From positions 4,905 to 68,904 of the forward strand of contig JBBUGM010000006.1 in assembly GCA_038077975.1 (NCBI GenBank): a DNA stretch of 64,000 nt. Direction: 5' to 3'. The position numbers were made by a program, and so were the translations under genes. This document shows positions 28,499 to 38,677 of the stretch, piece by piece. Numbering within the stretch: position 1 is the first letter of the stretch; each line of letters opens with the position of its first letter. This stretch comes from Patescibacteria group bacterium. Its GTDB lineage: Bacteria > Patescibacteriota > Minisyncoccia > UBA6257 > 2-01-FULL-56-20. A model generated the notes under the pieces. The model was not told the origin of the DNA. It saw only the letters and a list, made by a program, of their open reading frames with translations, and did no database searches.

Positions 28499-30250
28499 TT
28501 ATATAGTTTTCTCTTCTATTTCTCTTTGAAGTTGTTCGATGAATTTTTCGGTTTTTACTTCGCCGAGCTGACTTTTGCGGTAATGCCTTACGTTCACCGT
28601 GCCGTTTTTTTCTTCTTTTTCTCCGACAACGAGCACATAAGGGATCTTTCTCATTTCCGCTTCGCGGATGCGTTTACCGAGAGTATCATTCGCATCGCTC
28701 ATTTCTACCCGGATACCGCTTTCGCGGATTTTTGCAAATACGCCGGACGCATACTTGCTGAATTTTTCGCTTAGGGGTAAAACGGCGGCCTGTACAGGCG
28801 CGAGCCACAAAGGGAACGCTCCGGCGAAGTGCTCGATCGCGATGGCCAGGAACCTTTCAAGCGAACCCATGATCGCGGCGTGTATCATTACTATCCTTTC
28901 TTTTTCGCCTTTCTCATTTATGCACGTGAGGTCGAACCTCTCCGGCATGTTGATGTCGAGCTGTATCGTCGCCACTTGCCATTCGCGGCCCAAAGAATCC
29001 TTCGCGAGGAAATCGAGTTTCGGGCCGTAGAAATTGGCTTCACCCATTCCCTCGAATGTTTTGGCTTTTTTGCTTTTCGCTATCTCGCGCAAGATATCCT
29101 CCGCCTTTTTCCAGTCGGCGGCAAACCCCAGGTATTTTTCCGGCTGTTTTGGGTCGTGGAGTGAGATCCGCACCTTGAGTTCGAAGCCGAAGACGCCATA
29201 AAATTCTTCAACGATGTCCCAGATCGCGGAAAATTCTTCCTTTATTTGCGACTGACGGCAAAAAACGTGGGCGTCGTCCTGCGTTATCGCGCGCACCCTG
29301 ACGAGGCCGGAGAGTTCGCCGGTTTGCTCGTCGCGGTAAACTTTGGTCGTCGAGGCGTATCTTTGCGGCAGTTCGCGGTAGCTCCATTGCTTCCTCGCAT
29401 AAATTTGCGTGTGGTGCGGGCAGTTCATCGGCTTTAGGGCGAACAAGTGTTCCTCGCGCGTTTTTATCTTAAAGAGGTCATCCTTGAATTTTTCCCAATG
29501 CCCGCTTTTTTCATAGAGATCTTTTTTCGTGATGTGCGGTATATCAACCTGTTCATATCCGCGCGCTTTGCGGAGTTGCCAGACGAAGTCATCAAGAAGA
29601 TTTCTCACAAGCGTTCCCTTCGGGGTCCAGAGAGGGAGACCGGAGCCCACGAGTTCGGAAAAAGTGAAGAGGTCCAGCGCGGGGCCGAGTATTTTGTGGT
29701 CTCGCTTTTCCGCCTCTGCGCGCATCCTCACGTATTCCTCAAGCTCTTTTTTGGAAGAGAATGCCAGGCCATAGATGCGCTGAAGTTGTGGTTTTTTCTC
29801 GTCTCCACGCCAGTATGCGCCGGCAAGCTTGTCGAGCTTGAAAGCATCTGCGAGTATCTCGGAGGTGTTTTCCACGTGTCCGCCGTGGCAGAGGTCGACA
29901 AAAACATCGCCGGTGTAGTAGGCCGTGAGCTGCAGTTTTTCTTTGGAAAAATCTTTTATGAGATTGAGTTTGAACGGCTGTTTCGAAAAAAGTTTTTTTG
30001 CCTCGGCAAGTGTAAGTTTTTTGCCGGAGAACGGCAGTTTCTGCGCGATAAGCGCACGCATCGTTTTTTCGAATTCTTTAAGATCGTCGGGTGTGAGCGC
30101 GCGCGGCAGAAGAAAATCATAGTAAAAGCCGTTTTCGATCGTGGGGCCGATACCGAGCATGGCGTCGGGGAAATTTTTCAAAACAGCGGCGGCAAGCAAG
30201 TGCGCCAACGAATGGCGAATGTTGTCGAGGGAAGTTTCGTTTTTGACCAT
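28499..30250 (-). CDS. thrS: threonyl-tRNA synthetase (no N-terminal TGS domain)
   Basis: HSLAHLLAAAV editing-domain motif, class II core, C-terminal anticodon-binding domain; start at the ATG giving MVKNE. Confidence 0.85.
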   Translation of the reverse strand: MVKNETSLDNIRHSLAHLLAAAVLKNFPDAMLGIGPTIENGFYYDFLLPRALTPDDLKEFEKTMRALIAQKLPFSGKKLTLAEAKKLFSKQPFKLNLIKDFSKEKLQLTAYYTGDVFVDLCHGGHVENTSEILADAFKLDKLAGAYWRGDEKKPQLQRIYGLAFSSKKELEEYVRMRAEAEKRDHKILGPALDLFTFSELVGSGLPLWTPKGTLVRNLLDDFVWQLRKARGYEQVDIPHITKKDLYEKSGHWEKFKDDLFKIKTREEHLFALKPMNCPHHTQIYARKQWSYRELPQRYASTTKVYRDEQTGELSGLVRVRAITQDDAHVFCRQSQIKEEFSAIWDIVEEFYGVFGFELKVRISLHDPKQPEKYLGFAADWKKAEDILREIAKSKKAKTFEGMGEANFYGPKLDFLAKDSLGREWQVATIQLDINMPERFDLTCINEKGEKERIVMIHAAIMGSLERFLAIAIEHFAGAFPLWLAPVQAAVLPLSEKFSKYASGVFAKIRESGIRVEMSDANDTLGKRIREAEMRKIPYVLVVGEKEEKNGTVNVRHYRKSQLGEVKTEKFIEQLQREIEEKTI

Positions 30251-30312
30251 CTTTCTATTATAACCGCAGTTTGTGTTTAAACGAAACGAGAATTGATATA
30301 TCATTAATAAAT

Positions 30313-31545
30313 ATGCTCGACATCAAACTTCTTCGCGATAGTCCTCAAGTTGTGAAAGACGGCATTGCCGTGAAAGGCGCGGGCCCTAAGCTCGTCGACG
30401 AGTTTTTGCGCCTAGACGGAGAATGGCGAACTTTCACGGCGAATTTGGACGAAAAACGCGCTTTGCAGAATAAATTGAGCAAGGAAAGGAATATCGAAGC
30501 GGCGAAGAAGAACAAAGAAGAGATAAAAGAATTGGAATCAAAATTGGCGGCAACGGAAAAGTCGCGCGAGGAAATATTGTTGCAAATCCCGAACTTGCCG
30601 GATGCGGCCGCTCCCCGAGGCAAAAGCGAGGCGGAAAATAAAGTTCTCCGCGAAGTCGGAAAAAAGCCGAAATTCGATTTTACCCCCAAAGACCATCTCG
30701 AACTTGGCGAGGCCTTGGGCATCATTGATTTCGAGACTGCCTCAAGAGTTTCCGGTTCGGGATTTTACTATCTCAAAAACGACGGCGTGCTACTGGAGTT
30801 CGCGCTTGTGCATTATGCCTTGGATTTTTTGCGGAGCAAAGGATTCGATTTGTGGTTCACGCCGGATTTGGCGCGGGAAAAATATTATCTGGGAACGGGA
30901 TATAATCCCCGCGGTCCGGAGGCGCAGACGTATCTCATCGAAAATTCCGACCTCGGCCTCGTTGCCACCTCCGAGGTGACGCTTGCCGGTATTCACGCGG
31001 GGGAGTCGTTTGCCGCTGAGGCCTTGCCGAAGCGCTACGCCGGCTATTCGCATTGCTTCAGGCAGGAAGCGGGCGCTTACGGCAAGTATTCGCGGGGACT
31101 TTACCGCGTGCATCAGTTCACGAAAGTGGAAATGTACGTCTTCACCCGCCCCGAGGATTCGGCGAAAATGCACGAAGAACTTCTCGCGCTCGAAGAAGAG
31201 CTTTGGCAGGGCCTCAAGGTGCCTTACCGCGTGGTTGAGATATGCACCGGGGACTTAGGCGCTCAGGCATCGAGAAAATTCGACCTCGAAGCGTGGATGC
31301 CCGGCCGCAACGATTGGGGAGAGATCACTTCGACCTCGAACACGACCGATTACCAGGCGCGGCGCCTCAATATCCGATACAAAAAAGGCGGCGAGAAACC
31401 GGAATTCGCGCACACCCTGAATGGCACCGCGATCGCGACTTCGCGGGCGATCATCGCGATATTGGAAAACTACCAGCGCAAGGACGGCAAAGTGGACGTG
31501 CCCAAGGCGTTAGAGAAGTATATGGGGAAGAAAGTGATCGGATGA
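30313..31545 (+). CDS. serS: seryl-tRNA synthetase
   Basis: MLDIKLLRD... N-terminal coiled-coil arm, class II motifs, about 411 aa; divergent from thrS. Confidence 0.9.
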   Translation: MLDIKLLRDSPQVVKDGIAVKGAGPKLVDEFLRLDGEWRTFTANLDEKRALQNKLSKERNIEAAKKNKEEIKELESKLAATEKSREEILLQIPNLPDAAAPRGKSEAENKVLREVGKKPKFDFTPKDHLELGEALGIIDFETASRVSGSGFYYLKNDGVLLEFALVHYALDFLRSKGFDLWFTPDLAREKYYLGTGYNPRGPEAQTYLIENSDLGLVATSEVTLAGIHAGESFAAEALPKRYAGYSHCFRQEAGAYGKYSRGLYRVHQFTKVEMYVFTRPEDSAKMHEELLALEEELWQGLKVPYRVVEICTGDLGAQASRKFDLEAWMPGRNDWGEITSTSNTTDYQARRLNIRYKKGGEKPEFAHTLNGTAIATSRAIIAILENYQRKDGKVDVPKALEKYMGKKVIG

Positions 31546-31706
31546 ATTTTTATTGAGTCGACTTACCCTTTTTGGTTGTAGTCCTATTTTCTTATTCGCG
31601 CGAATAAGAAAATAAGACAATCAAAAACAAACAGAAAGCGAAAAATCTTATTGAACCGTTCGCACGAATGGTTCCATGCGAGGTTTTTGAGCCGATACCG
31701 CCGCAC

Positions 31707-31734
31707 TTGCATTTTTCCGCCAGCGTGTTATAAT
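31707..31734 (+). promoter_or_regulatory. sigma70-like promoter TTGCAT-N16-TATAAT
   Basis: Followed by AAAGGAGG RBS and ATG at 31784. Confidence 0.4.
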
Positions 31735-31783
31735 TGGGCCAGCGTGGGGAAACTCACGACTTTACAGAAAAAGGAGGCTGACC

Positions 31784-32380
31784 ATGTCAAAAGACATGCT
31801 CGGCACTTTGGTAAGAAAGTTGGTCAATGTCCCGGAGGAAGCACTCGGCACGTTGATCGATCTCTCGGAGAAGCTTGCCGGCCCGAACGGTAAGGAGTGG
31901 CTGGTTGCCCTCAAGCATTTCCTTCGCAAGGAAGGCATGGCAATGTTGGAAGTCTTCCGCGTCACGGTCGACTACTCGATGACCATCGAGCAGATGATCG
32001 CCGCGGGCCGCTACGACTGGCAGAACAACGACGTGAACGACAAGCACTTCCCAATTCCGCCCTCGAAACGCGGGAAACAGGAAGTCGCGATCGAACTCAT
32101 CAAATTCGACCGCGATATGGAGTCCAATGAAGTTCTCCGCGAGCTCGACAAGATGGGCCTCCGCTCAGCCGAGTTGCCGGAACTTCTGGCCTTCGGCGCC
32201 GCCTACCCCGAGAAGCAACGTGAATTTCCGGTCGTTGCTCTTGGTTCCGTGTGGCACTACTGGGACGGCGATCGCGGCGTTGCGTGCCTCTGCAGGCACG
32301 CCGGCGGGCGCTACCTCGACCTCCGTTGGTGGTGCGGCAGGTGGTTCTCGCACGGTCGCTTCGCAGCCGTTAGCAAGTAG
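31784..32380 (+). CDS. hypothetical protein
   Basis: 198-aa ORF with strong promoter and RBS; no motif recognised. Confidence 0.5.
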   Translation: MSKDMLGTLVRKLVNVPEEALGTLIDLSEKLAGPNGKEWLVALKHFLRKEGMAMLEVFRVTVDYSMTIEQMIAAGRYDWQNNDVNDKHFPIPPSKRGKQEVAIELIKFDRDMESNEVLRELDKMGLRSAELPELLAFGAAYPEKQREFPVVALGSVWHYWDGDRGVACLCRHAGGRYLDLRWWCGRWFSHGRFAAVSK

Positions 32381-32434
32381 CATTGGTCCTCGGACGCTAG
32401 GATCCTCTGGCCTTTCAGATCCTTTGATCCTTTC

Positions 32435-32474
32435 GCCCGTTGAAACTCCGGTTTCAACGGGCGTATTTTTTTTG
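32435..32474 (+). terminator. intrinsic terminator
   Basis: cgcccgttgaaac-tccgg-tttcaacgggcg followed by tattttttttg. Confidence 0.6.
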
Positions 32475-32508
32475 AGCAAAAAATACGATAGCATGAAAGG
32501 GATATCTT

Positions 32509-33747
32509 ATGGCAAAAGTTTTAACAAAAACACACAGAACGTGGATTGAAATCGATTCGCGGGCGGCGAAGAAGAATTATGATACGTTTCGGAAGTTGAT
32601 CGGCCCTGTTCGACCCCTTCGACAAGCTCAGGGTATAAAAGCTCAGGGCAAGCGCGGAACGCAATTGTGGTCTGTTGTGAAGTCGAATGCCTACGGGCAC
32701 GGGATAGTCGTTTTTTCGAAATTAGCCGACCGCTTAGGGGTCAATGGTTTTTGCGTTGATTCTTTGGTTGAGGGAATTCGTCTGCGCAAAGAAGGAATTA
32801 AAAAGCCGATCTTGGTTCTGGGCCCGACCTTGCCGGCACTACTTCACGAAGCGGCGAAAAGGAAAATAACGATCACAATTTCCAATTTTGATTCTTTGAA
32901 AGTATTAACATCGATTGTAGCTAAAAAAGCTACAATCGACGGAGTGCCGGAATTTCATTTGAAGATCGATACCGGCATGCACCGCCAAGGGTTCTACCTC
33001 GCGGATTTACCAAAGGTTCTTAAATCCCTAAATTCTAAATCCTCAATCCTAAATTCTCGTTTGCGGGGCATCTACACCCACTTCGCTTCGGCAAAAGACA
33101 CGAATTACCCGACTTATACCGAAAAACAATTCGCCGAATTCCAAAAAGCGATAAAGCTTTTCGAAGACGCCGGTTTTCCCGCCGAAGGCGGGTCCGCCTC
33201 TGGCGGAAAGAATTCCATTACCGTCCATTGCGCGGCAACAGGCGGGACACTCGTGAACCCAAAATATCATCTCGATGCCGTGCGAGTTGGCATCGGACTT
33301 TACGGATTATGGCCGTCAAAAGAACTGGAGGTCCAGCTCGGCCGCAAAATCAAACTCTATCCGGTTTTATCATGGCGAGCTGTTGTGAGCGAGGTGAAAA
33401 ATTTGGAGGCAGGGGATTATATTGGTTACGACCTCGTTGAACGCGCCCCGCGGCCGATGAAAATGGCCGTGATCCCCGTTGGCTACTGGCACGGATTGCC
33501 GCGTTCGCTCTCCGGCATCGGTGAAGTGCTTATAAATGGCCGCCGCGCGAAAATTCTTGGCCGCATTTCGATGGACCTCATCGCCGTGGGGCCGGTTACG
33601 GGTGTAAAGCCGGGGGATATCGCGACTTTCATCGGTAAAGACGGCAAAGAAAATTTTCTCGCATTCGACGTCGCGGCGCGCGGCGGCACTATCCACTACG
33701 AACTCTTAACGCGACTTAATCCCTTAATCGAGCGCATCATCCAATAG
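32509..33747 (+). CDS. alr: alanine racemase with two repeat-derived in-frame insertions
   Basis: PLP-lysine motif VVKSNAYGHG and C-terminal racemase domain. Insert 1 (32598-32640) matches one arm of the miaA 69-nt repeat. Insert 2 (33001-33060) is the CTAAATTCTAAATCC AT-rich repeat. Confidence 0.85.
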   Translation: MAKVLTKTHRTWIEIDSRAAKKNYDTFRKLIGPVRPLRQAQGIKAQGKRGTQLWSVVKSNAYGHGIVVFSKLADRLGVNGFCVDSLVEGIRLRKEGIKKPILVLGPTLPALLHEAAKRKITITISNFDSLKVLTSIVAKKATIDGVPEFHLKIDTGMHRQGFYLADLPKVLKSLNSKSSILNSRLRGIYTHFASAKDTNYPTYTEKQFAEFQKAIKLFEDAGFPAEGGSASGGKNSITVHCAATGGTLVNPKYHLDAVRVGIGLYGLWPSKELEVQLGRKIKLYPVLSWRAVVSEVKNLEAGDYIGYDLVERAPRPMKMAVIPVGYWHGLPRSLSGIGEVLINGRRAKILGRISMDLIAVGPVTGVKPGDIATFIGKDGKENFLAFDVAARGGTIHYELLTRLNPLIERIIQ

Positions 33748-33806
33748 AGCACAAAAGTCCAAACCACAAATTACAAACAAATTTGAAACACAAAACGGCG
33801 CGCCGT

Positions 33807-33863
33807 GTCATTCCTGCGGAAGCAGGAATCCAGTCCTGGTTCCCAAATCAAGTTTGGGATGAC
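33807..33863. repeat. two-hairpin MITE/REP-like element, copy 2
   Basis: GTCATTcctgc-ggaa-gcaggAATCC, 9-nt spacer, tcccaaa-tcaag-tttgggaTGAC; same architecture and flanks as 26421-26495 with compensatory stem changes. Confidence 0.5.
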
Positions 33864-33884
33864 GGCATGGCCGTCGGTTTTTTT
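33861..33884 (+). terminator. intrinsic terminator after alr
   Basis: gacggc-atg-gccgtc followed by ggttttttt. Confidence 0.6.
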
Positions 33885-33934
33885 GGATTTTGATATTTGA
33901 ATTTGTGTATTGTTTGTAATTTGGGATTTGTAAT

Positions 33935-34771
33935 TTGGACTTTATGCCAAAAGCAGATGTTTATGTCCCCGACGGCCGCGGCGAGCGCAGAAAAAAGCGC
34001 TTTATTTTTGTCATTGTCATGGTCATTGTCACCGCGTATCTCTCGGTCCTTGCCGCCGGCTGGCTGATTTTGCGTAATCCGGTTTTCCGCATCCAAAATG
34101 TCGAAGTTGTCGGCAATATCGATGTCTCGGGCGAAAGAATAAAAGGAGTTGTTCTTTCGCGCATTGTACGCGGAAGTTTTTGGCGGGCCTTGATTGGCAT
34201 CAACAATGTCCTCATCTGGCCGGAGCGTTTAAGCGCGGAGGACCTCGTTTTTTTACCGGAAGTGAAGAGCGTGGAACTAGAGAAAGATTACGCATCGCGA
34301 AGCGTTTTAATAAACGTTGACGAACGCAAACCGCGCGGCATCTGGTGTCTTGCCTCGCCGCCCGTAGGCGATAACTGTTGGTGGTTCGATGACGCTGGCG
34401 TGCTTTTCCGCCGCGCAATATTCGCCGAAGGAAGCTTGATCACTGTTGTTGTTGACTACTCCCAGGAAAATTTCGGCCTGGGATACAAGATCTTACCGGA
34501 GGAATTCATTGATAATGCCTTTTCCGTTTTCGATGTCGTGCGTAGTAGCGGATTAAGAATCAAAGAGGTACGCCTAAACGACCTTGAACTTGAAGAGGTG
34601 GAGGTTTTGACTTTCGACGGTCCGCGCGTTTTGTTCAGCTTACGTTTTCCGTCCGTTAACGCGCTCGAGGTTATACAAAAATTATTTTCCGCCAAAGGCG
34701 GATCCGCCCCTGGCGGGAAAGATTTGGATTATTTGGATTTCAGAGTGGAAAACAGGGTATACTATAAATAG
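33935..34771 (+). CDS. FtsQ/DivIB-like cell-division protein (TM plus POTRA)
   Basis: Short cytoplasmic tail, one TM, then a POTRA-like segment VFRIQNVEVVGNIDVSGERIKGVV. Confidence 0.55.
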   Translation: MDFMPKADVYVPDGRGERRKKRFIFVIVMVIVTAYLSVLAAGWLILRNPVFRIQNVEVVGNIDVSGERIKGVVLSRIVRGSFWRALIGINNVLIWPERLSAEDLVFLPEVKSVELEKDYASRSVLINVDERKPRGIWCLASPPVGDNCWWFDDAGVLFRRAIFAEGSLITVVVDYSQENFGLGYKILPEEFIDNAFSVFDVVRSSGLRIKEVRLNDLELEEVEVLTFDGPRVLFSLRFPSVNALEVIQKLFSAKGGSAPGGKDLDYLDFRVENRVYYK

Positions 34772-34794
34772 AACTGATTTTTTGGCGGTGCAGC

Positions 34795-35076
34795 GTGGCC
34801 GGTGTTCGATACAGTAACAAAAAGTTTATAGCCGCTTATAAAGAGTGGTTTAGGCGGCAAATTGACATGAATGCGCGCATAGTTTTATGCGAAGACGACG
34901 TGCCGCGCTCTGCAAGTGAGATTGTGAAAGCTCTTAGGGCCGGCGAAGATTGGGCGGTGAAGTCGTTGATAAAAAAACTTGTCATGGTCGCGCGAAAAAA
35001 ACGCATGGACCCCTTTAAGCTTTTGCGAAGCTTTAAGGTTAGAACTATTTATACAACTTGTCCGATCAAATCATGA
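34795..35076 (+). CDS. hypothetical protein
   Basis: 93-aa ORF, no motif. Confidence 0.3.
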   Translation: MAGVRYSNKKFIAAYKEWFRRQIDMNARIVLCEDDVPRSASEIVKALRAGEDWAVKSLIKKLVMVARKKRMDPFKLLRSFKVRTIYTTCPIKS

Positions 35077-35123
35077 CGGCGCGCTGTGCGCGCCGTTCTA
35101 ATTTTTAAGGTAAAATTTTCTCA

Positions 35124-37073
35124 ATGGCGGTTGACGAGATAAAAAAGACGGGTCTTCCGCGCGGAATTGGTTGGGGGATTTTCGCGCTGATTTTGGTTTT
35201 CATCGGCGGGCTATTTTTAACTTTCGGCCGGACGAAAGATATTACCGCGGAAAGGGTGGCAGGCAACATCGATGAATTGAAGAGCGGCGTCGAAGACCTG
35301 CGCAACTTTAACACCGAATCGGCTAAAGAGAGATTTTCTCGAATAGGAACGGAGATAGTCGATATTAGGGATTCGGTGGGAATTTTCGGCTCGCTTTTTA
35401 GTGGCACGGGAGAGCTTTTGCTAAATTTTCAAAACGTGACAGCGCAAGGCATCGCCTTGAGTGGCGAGATGGAATTCCTGCGCGCGAACGCGCTCGGTCT
35501 TTTCCTTGAAGACGGAAAGACGCTTCTCGAACATCTTAAAACTGTCCAGGGTGCGCTTAGAAGTGTTGATGAGTCGGCGCGCAAGCTCGCTACGGCGGCG
35601 TCCGGTCTCAATGAGGCCGCTTCGCTCGCCGGAGAATTCTATTTGCCGTTCCAGCTCGATCTCGCGCGGTTCATGGGTTTTCTTGATGCGCTTTTGCCGA
35701 AGCTCGAAGCGGAAGAGATAAATTTTTTGGTCCTTTTCCAAAATCCGTCGGAGATAAGGCCCGCGGGAGGATTTCTCGGGAGCTATGCCGTGGTTTCGGT
35801 GAAGGGGGGCCAGCTCCAAAACGTGGAAGTGCACGACGTAAACGACGTCGACCGTACTTTTGAAGATAAGATCACGCCGCCGCGGCCGCTTCAGGCGGTT
35901 GCGAGGTCATGGCGTCCGTATGACGCAAATTGGTTTTTCGATTTTGCTCTCTCGGCAAAAAAGGTTGCGAAATTTTTCGAGACATCCGGACTGTACCGAG
36001 ACAAGGCCGCCCCTGACGGTGCCGCAGCCCCGTTTGACGGGGTGATGGCAGTTTCTCCTAAGGTTGTCGAAGACATTCTTGCGCTTACCGGCCCCATCGA
36101 ACTACCGGAAAGAAAATTGGTTTTTAATGAAGATAATTTTTTGATGGAAACCCAGCGCCTTGTGCAGGAAGGCCAGGCGACGAACTCGACATATCCCAAA
36201 AAAATATTGGAAGAACTCGCGCCGCTTATATTTGAGCGCGTCAAAACGATGGACGACGCGCAAAAAAATGAATTTTGGAATTTGGTTTCTGATTGGATCA
36301 GCCGCAAGGACATTATGGTTTATTTTGTGGAGCCGAAACTCCAGAGTTTCGCGCGGTACTACGGGGCAACGGGTGAGACATACGAATTATCGCAGGATTG
36401 GAATGGCAATTACTTAGCGCTCGTCGATGCGAACATTGGCGGCGGCAAATCGGATCTTTTCATTAAGCAAAATATCGTCTTGGAGAGCCAGATCAATGCC
36501 GACGGCACTATTTCCAACCATCTGGTCGTTGATCGCATCCACGAGGGTAATAGATCGAAGTACTGGTGGTACAAGGAAACGAACCAAAATTACCTTCAGG
36601 TTTTCGTGCCAAGTTCCGCGCGGCTTACGAACTTCAAAGGTGGCGTGGACAAAACAATTACGCCGAAAGTGAATTACGTAAAAGAGGGATATGACGTGGA
36701 CAGCGATGTTTCCGCTATCGAAAGTTCGGAGGAAGCGGTTTTCAATTTCCCTGCGGTTCGTATGCACAAAGAACTGGGCAAGTCGGTTTTCTCCACCTGG
36801 TCGGCAACAAAAGCGGGCGCGAGAACACAGCTTGTTTTCGATTACGTGACGCGGCTCGCTCTCGCTCCCGAGGACGGAGTGGAATATCACTTTGTTTTCG
36901 AAAAACAAGCCGGGACTGCTCGCAATTATAAATTCCAGATCAGCGCCCCGGCCGGATTTCGTTTCGCGGAGAGCGGCTTGCCGGTATTTGCGTATGAAGC
37001 AGTGAGTAACGCTACGTCTTCTAGTGCGCTCCCGGGGCGGTTGATCGTAGATTTGACATTGGAGAGGATCTGA
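35124..37073 (+). CDS. DUF4012-like membrane-anchored extracytoplasmic protein
   Basis: N-terminal TM, 649 aa, motif NPSEIRPAGGFLGSYAVV recalled from the DUF4012 family. Confidence 0.5.
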   Translation: MAVDEIKKTGLPRGIGWGIFALILVFIGGLFLTFGRTKDITAERVAGNIDELKSGVEDLRNFNTESAKERFSRIGTEIVDIRDSVGIFGSLFSGTGELLLNFQNVTAQGIALSGEMEFLRANALGLFLEDGKTLLEHLKTVQGALRSVDESARKLATAASGLNEAASLAGEFYLPFQLDLARFMGFLDALLPKLEAEEINFLVLFQNPSEIRPAGGFLGSYAVVSVKGGQLQNVEVHDVNDVDRTFEDKITPPRPLQAVARSWRPYDANWFFDFALSAKKVAKFFETSGLYRDKAAPDGAAAPFDGVMAVSPKVVEDILALTGPIELPERKLVFNEDNFLMETQRLVQEGQATNSTYPKKILEELAPLIFERVKTMDDAQKNEFWNLVSDWISRKDIMVYFVEPKLQSFARYYGATGETYELSQDWNGNYLALVDANIGGGKSDLFIKQNIVLESQINADGTISNHLVVDRIHEGNRSKYWWYKETNQNYLQVFVPSSARLTNFKGGVDKTITPKVNYVKEGYDVDSDVSAIESSEEAVFNFPAVRMHKELGKSVFSTWSATKAGARTQLVFDYVTRLALAPEDGVEYHFVFEKQAGTARNYKFQISAPAGFRFAESGLPVFAYEAVSNATSSSALPGRLIVDLTLERI

Positions 37074-37129
37074 TATATAATGCTTCCAGCATCGGCGGAT
37101 TCTAATCTGCCGAAAACAAGGAGGATAGC

Positions 37130-37408
37130 GTGAAGAAAGCACTTGTGTCACTTTTCGTTCTGATGGCTGTGGCCTCCACACTCAACTTCATGGCAAATCA
37201 AAAAGTTACCGATAAAGTCACTGATTACGATTCTCTTGCGGTTGTGCATCAAACACGCGACGGATGGTTTGTAACCCATCCTTCATTCGCGCGACGCCTG
37301 CCCGATGAAATGAAGGATCTGTTCCCAATCCCACGCCGCATCTCAATTCATTACGAATTCCTAAAGAAAGAAAAAGTAGTAATTACGACAGAAACGATAG
37401 AGTACTAA
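37130..37408 (+). CDS. small secreted protein
   Basis: GGAGG RBS, signal-peptide-like N-terminus MKKALVSLFVLMAVAS. Confidence 0.45.
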   Translation: MKKALVSLFVLMAVASTLNFMANQKVTDKVTDYDSLAVVHQTRDGWFVTHPSFARRLPDEMKDLFPIPRRISIHYEFLKKEKVVITTETIEY

Positions 37409-37531
37409 GTTCTTTTCCCCTAGCCCCGTGCGATTTCCGCGCGGGGTTTTCTTTTACGGACCAGAATTTTTACCTTGCGAGCCCAAAATTTTCCGATTGC
37501 AATCCAGCAAAAAATTTGGTACAATTAAAGT

Positions 37532-37777
37532 ATGAAAACAAACATTTTAAGGCGGCTTCCAAAAAACCTTTATGGATATTTTTGGGAAATTGATCGGAAG
37601 TCTCTCGACGCTAAAAAGTATGGCGCGTACATCGTTAAACGCCTTTTGGAGCATGGCCGGCCGGAGGCGATCCGTTGGGCGTGGAAACATATCCCAAGGC
37701 GGGTATGGCGTAAGGCGCTCCAGTCGCGCGAGATTTCGCAAAGAACCCGCTCGTTTTGGGAATCGCTCGTGCGCTGA
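37532..37777 (+). CDS. small basic protein, putative AbiEi-like antitoxin partner
   Basis: 81-aa ORF ending 9 nt before the AbiEii-like gene. Confidence 0.35.
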   Translation: MKTNILRRLPKNLYGYFWEIDRKSLDAKKYGAYIVKRLLEHGRPEAIRWAWKHIPRRVWRKALQSREISQRTRSFWESLVR

Positions 37778-37786
37778 CACACTTTT

Positions 37787-38425
37787 ATGGTTGTCCTCGA
37801 CAATCTGCCAAAAAATACGCGGGGCGCCCTCGAAAAACTTGCCGGCGCCGCTTTTATAAAAAAATTTTATCTTGCCGGCGGCACGGCCGCGACGCTTTTT
37901 TTTAGACACCGGGAATCCAAAGACCTCGATTTCTTTTCCGAGGACCATTTTCGGACACCAACACTTATTAGACACCTCGCGAAAATCGGCTCATTCGTTA
38001 CTACTAAAACCGCAGAAGATACGCTAGAAGGCAGATTTGAAAAAGTAAAAATTAGCTTTTTCACGCTTCCATACAAATTGCTCGAAAAATCGCTCAAGTA
38101 CAAAAATATGCGCATTGCTTCCCTGGTTGATATTGCGACGATGAAAATTCTTGCCATATCTGATCGCGGTACGCGGCGCGATTTTATAGATCTTTACTGT
38201 CTGGCTACGCGGGTAAAGCCGCTCGACAAACTACTTCTCGATTTTGAGAGAAAATTCGGGAAATACGACTACAATTTACACCACATCATCGCAAGCTTAA
38301 CTTATTTCAAGGACGCAGAGGAGGAACCGATACCGCATCTTTATATCGATCTTGAGTGGAAGAATGTTAAGAGGTTTTTTTTACACGAAAAACCGCTTCT
38401 TGCAAAGAAGTTTTTGATTGGATAG
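37787..38425 (+). CDS. AbiEii/DUF1814-like nucleotidyltransferase toxin
   Basis: YLAGGTAATLFFRHRESKDLDFF nucleotidyltransferase motif. Confidence 0.7.
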   Translation: MVVLDNLPKNTRGALEKLAGAAFIKKFYLAGGTAATLFFRHRESKDLDFFSEDHFRTPTLIRHLAKIGSFVTTKTAEDTLEGRFEKVKISFFTLPYKLLEKSLKYKNMRIASLVDIATMKILAISDRGTRRDFIDLYCLATRVKPLDKLLLDFERKFGKYDYNLHHIIASLTYFKDAEEEPIPHLYIDLEWKNVKRFFLHEKPLLAKKFLIG

Positions 38426-38486
38426 TTCCCTTGGCGACAAAGCCTCTTCTGCCTTCTCCGACTCGACAGAGGCGAGGCGAGCGAGA

Positions 38487-38559
38487 TCGGCTTGCCGGTA
38501 TTTGCGTATGAATCGCACGAATCTTCATCATCGACGAATCAGATGCCGGGGCGGTTGAT
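38487..38559 (+). pseudogene. orphan duplicate of the 3' end of the DUF4012-like gene (attR-like remnant)
   Basis: 25-nt identical core cggcttgccggtatttgcgtatgaa (36974-36998 vs 38487-38511), a diverged middle, then shared ccggggcggttgat. Confidence 0.6.
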
Positions 38560-38677
38560 ATCATATTTTGCGCGACGCAGATTTAACGGCGGATGAATTG
38601 ATGAATTTGTTATAGACTAATTTGATTTTTATCGAGCATTAAGATATACTGCGGGCAGTACTTAGAGGAGGATTCAC

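Noticed and set aside
29447-30280. 277-aa plus-strand ORF inside thrS
   Set aside because: Antisense to a clear ThrRS coding sequence; no motifs.
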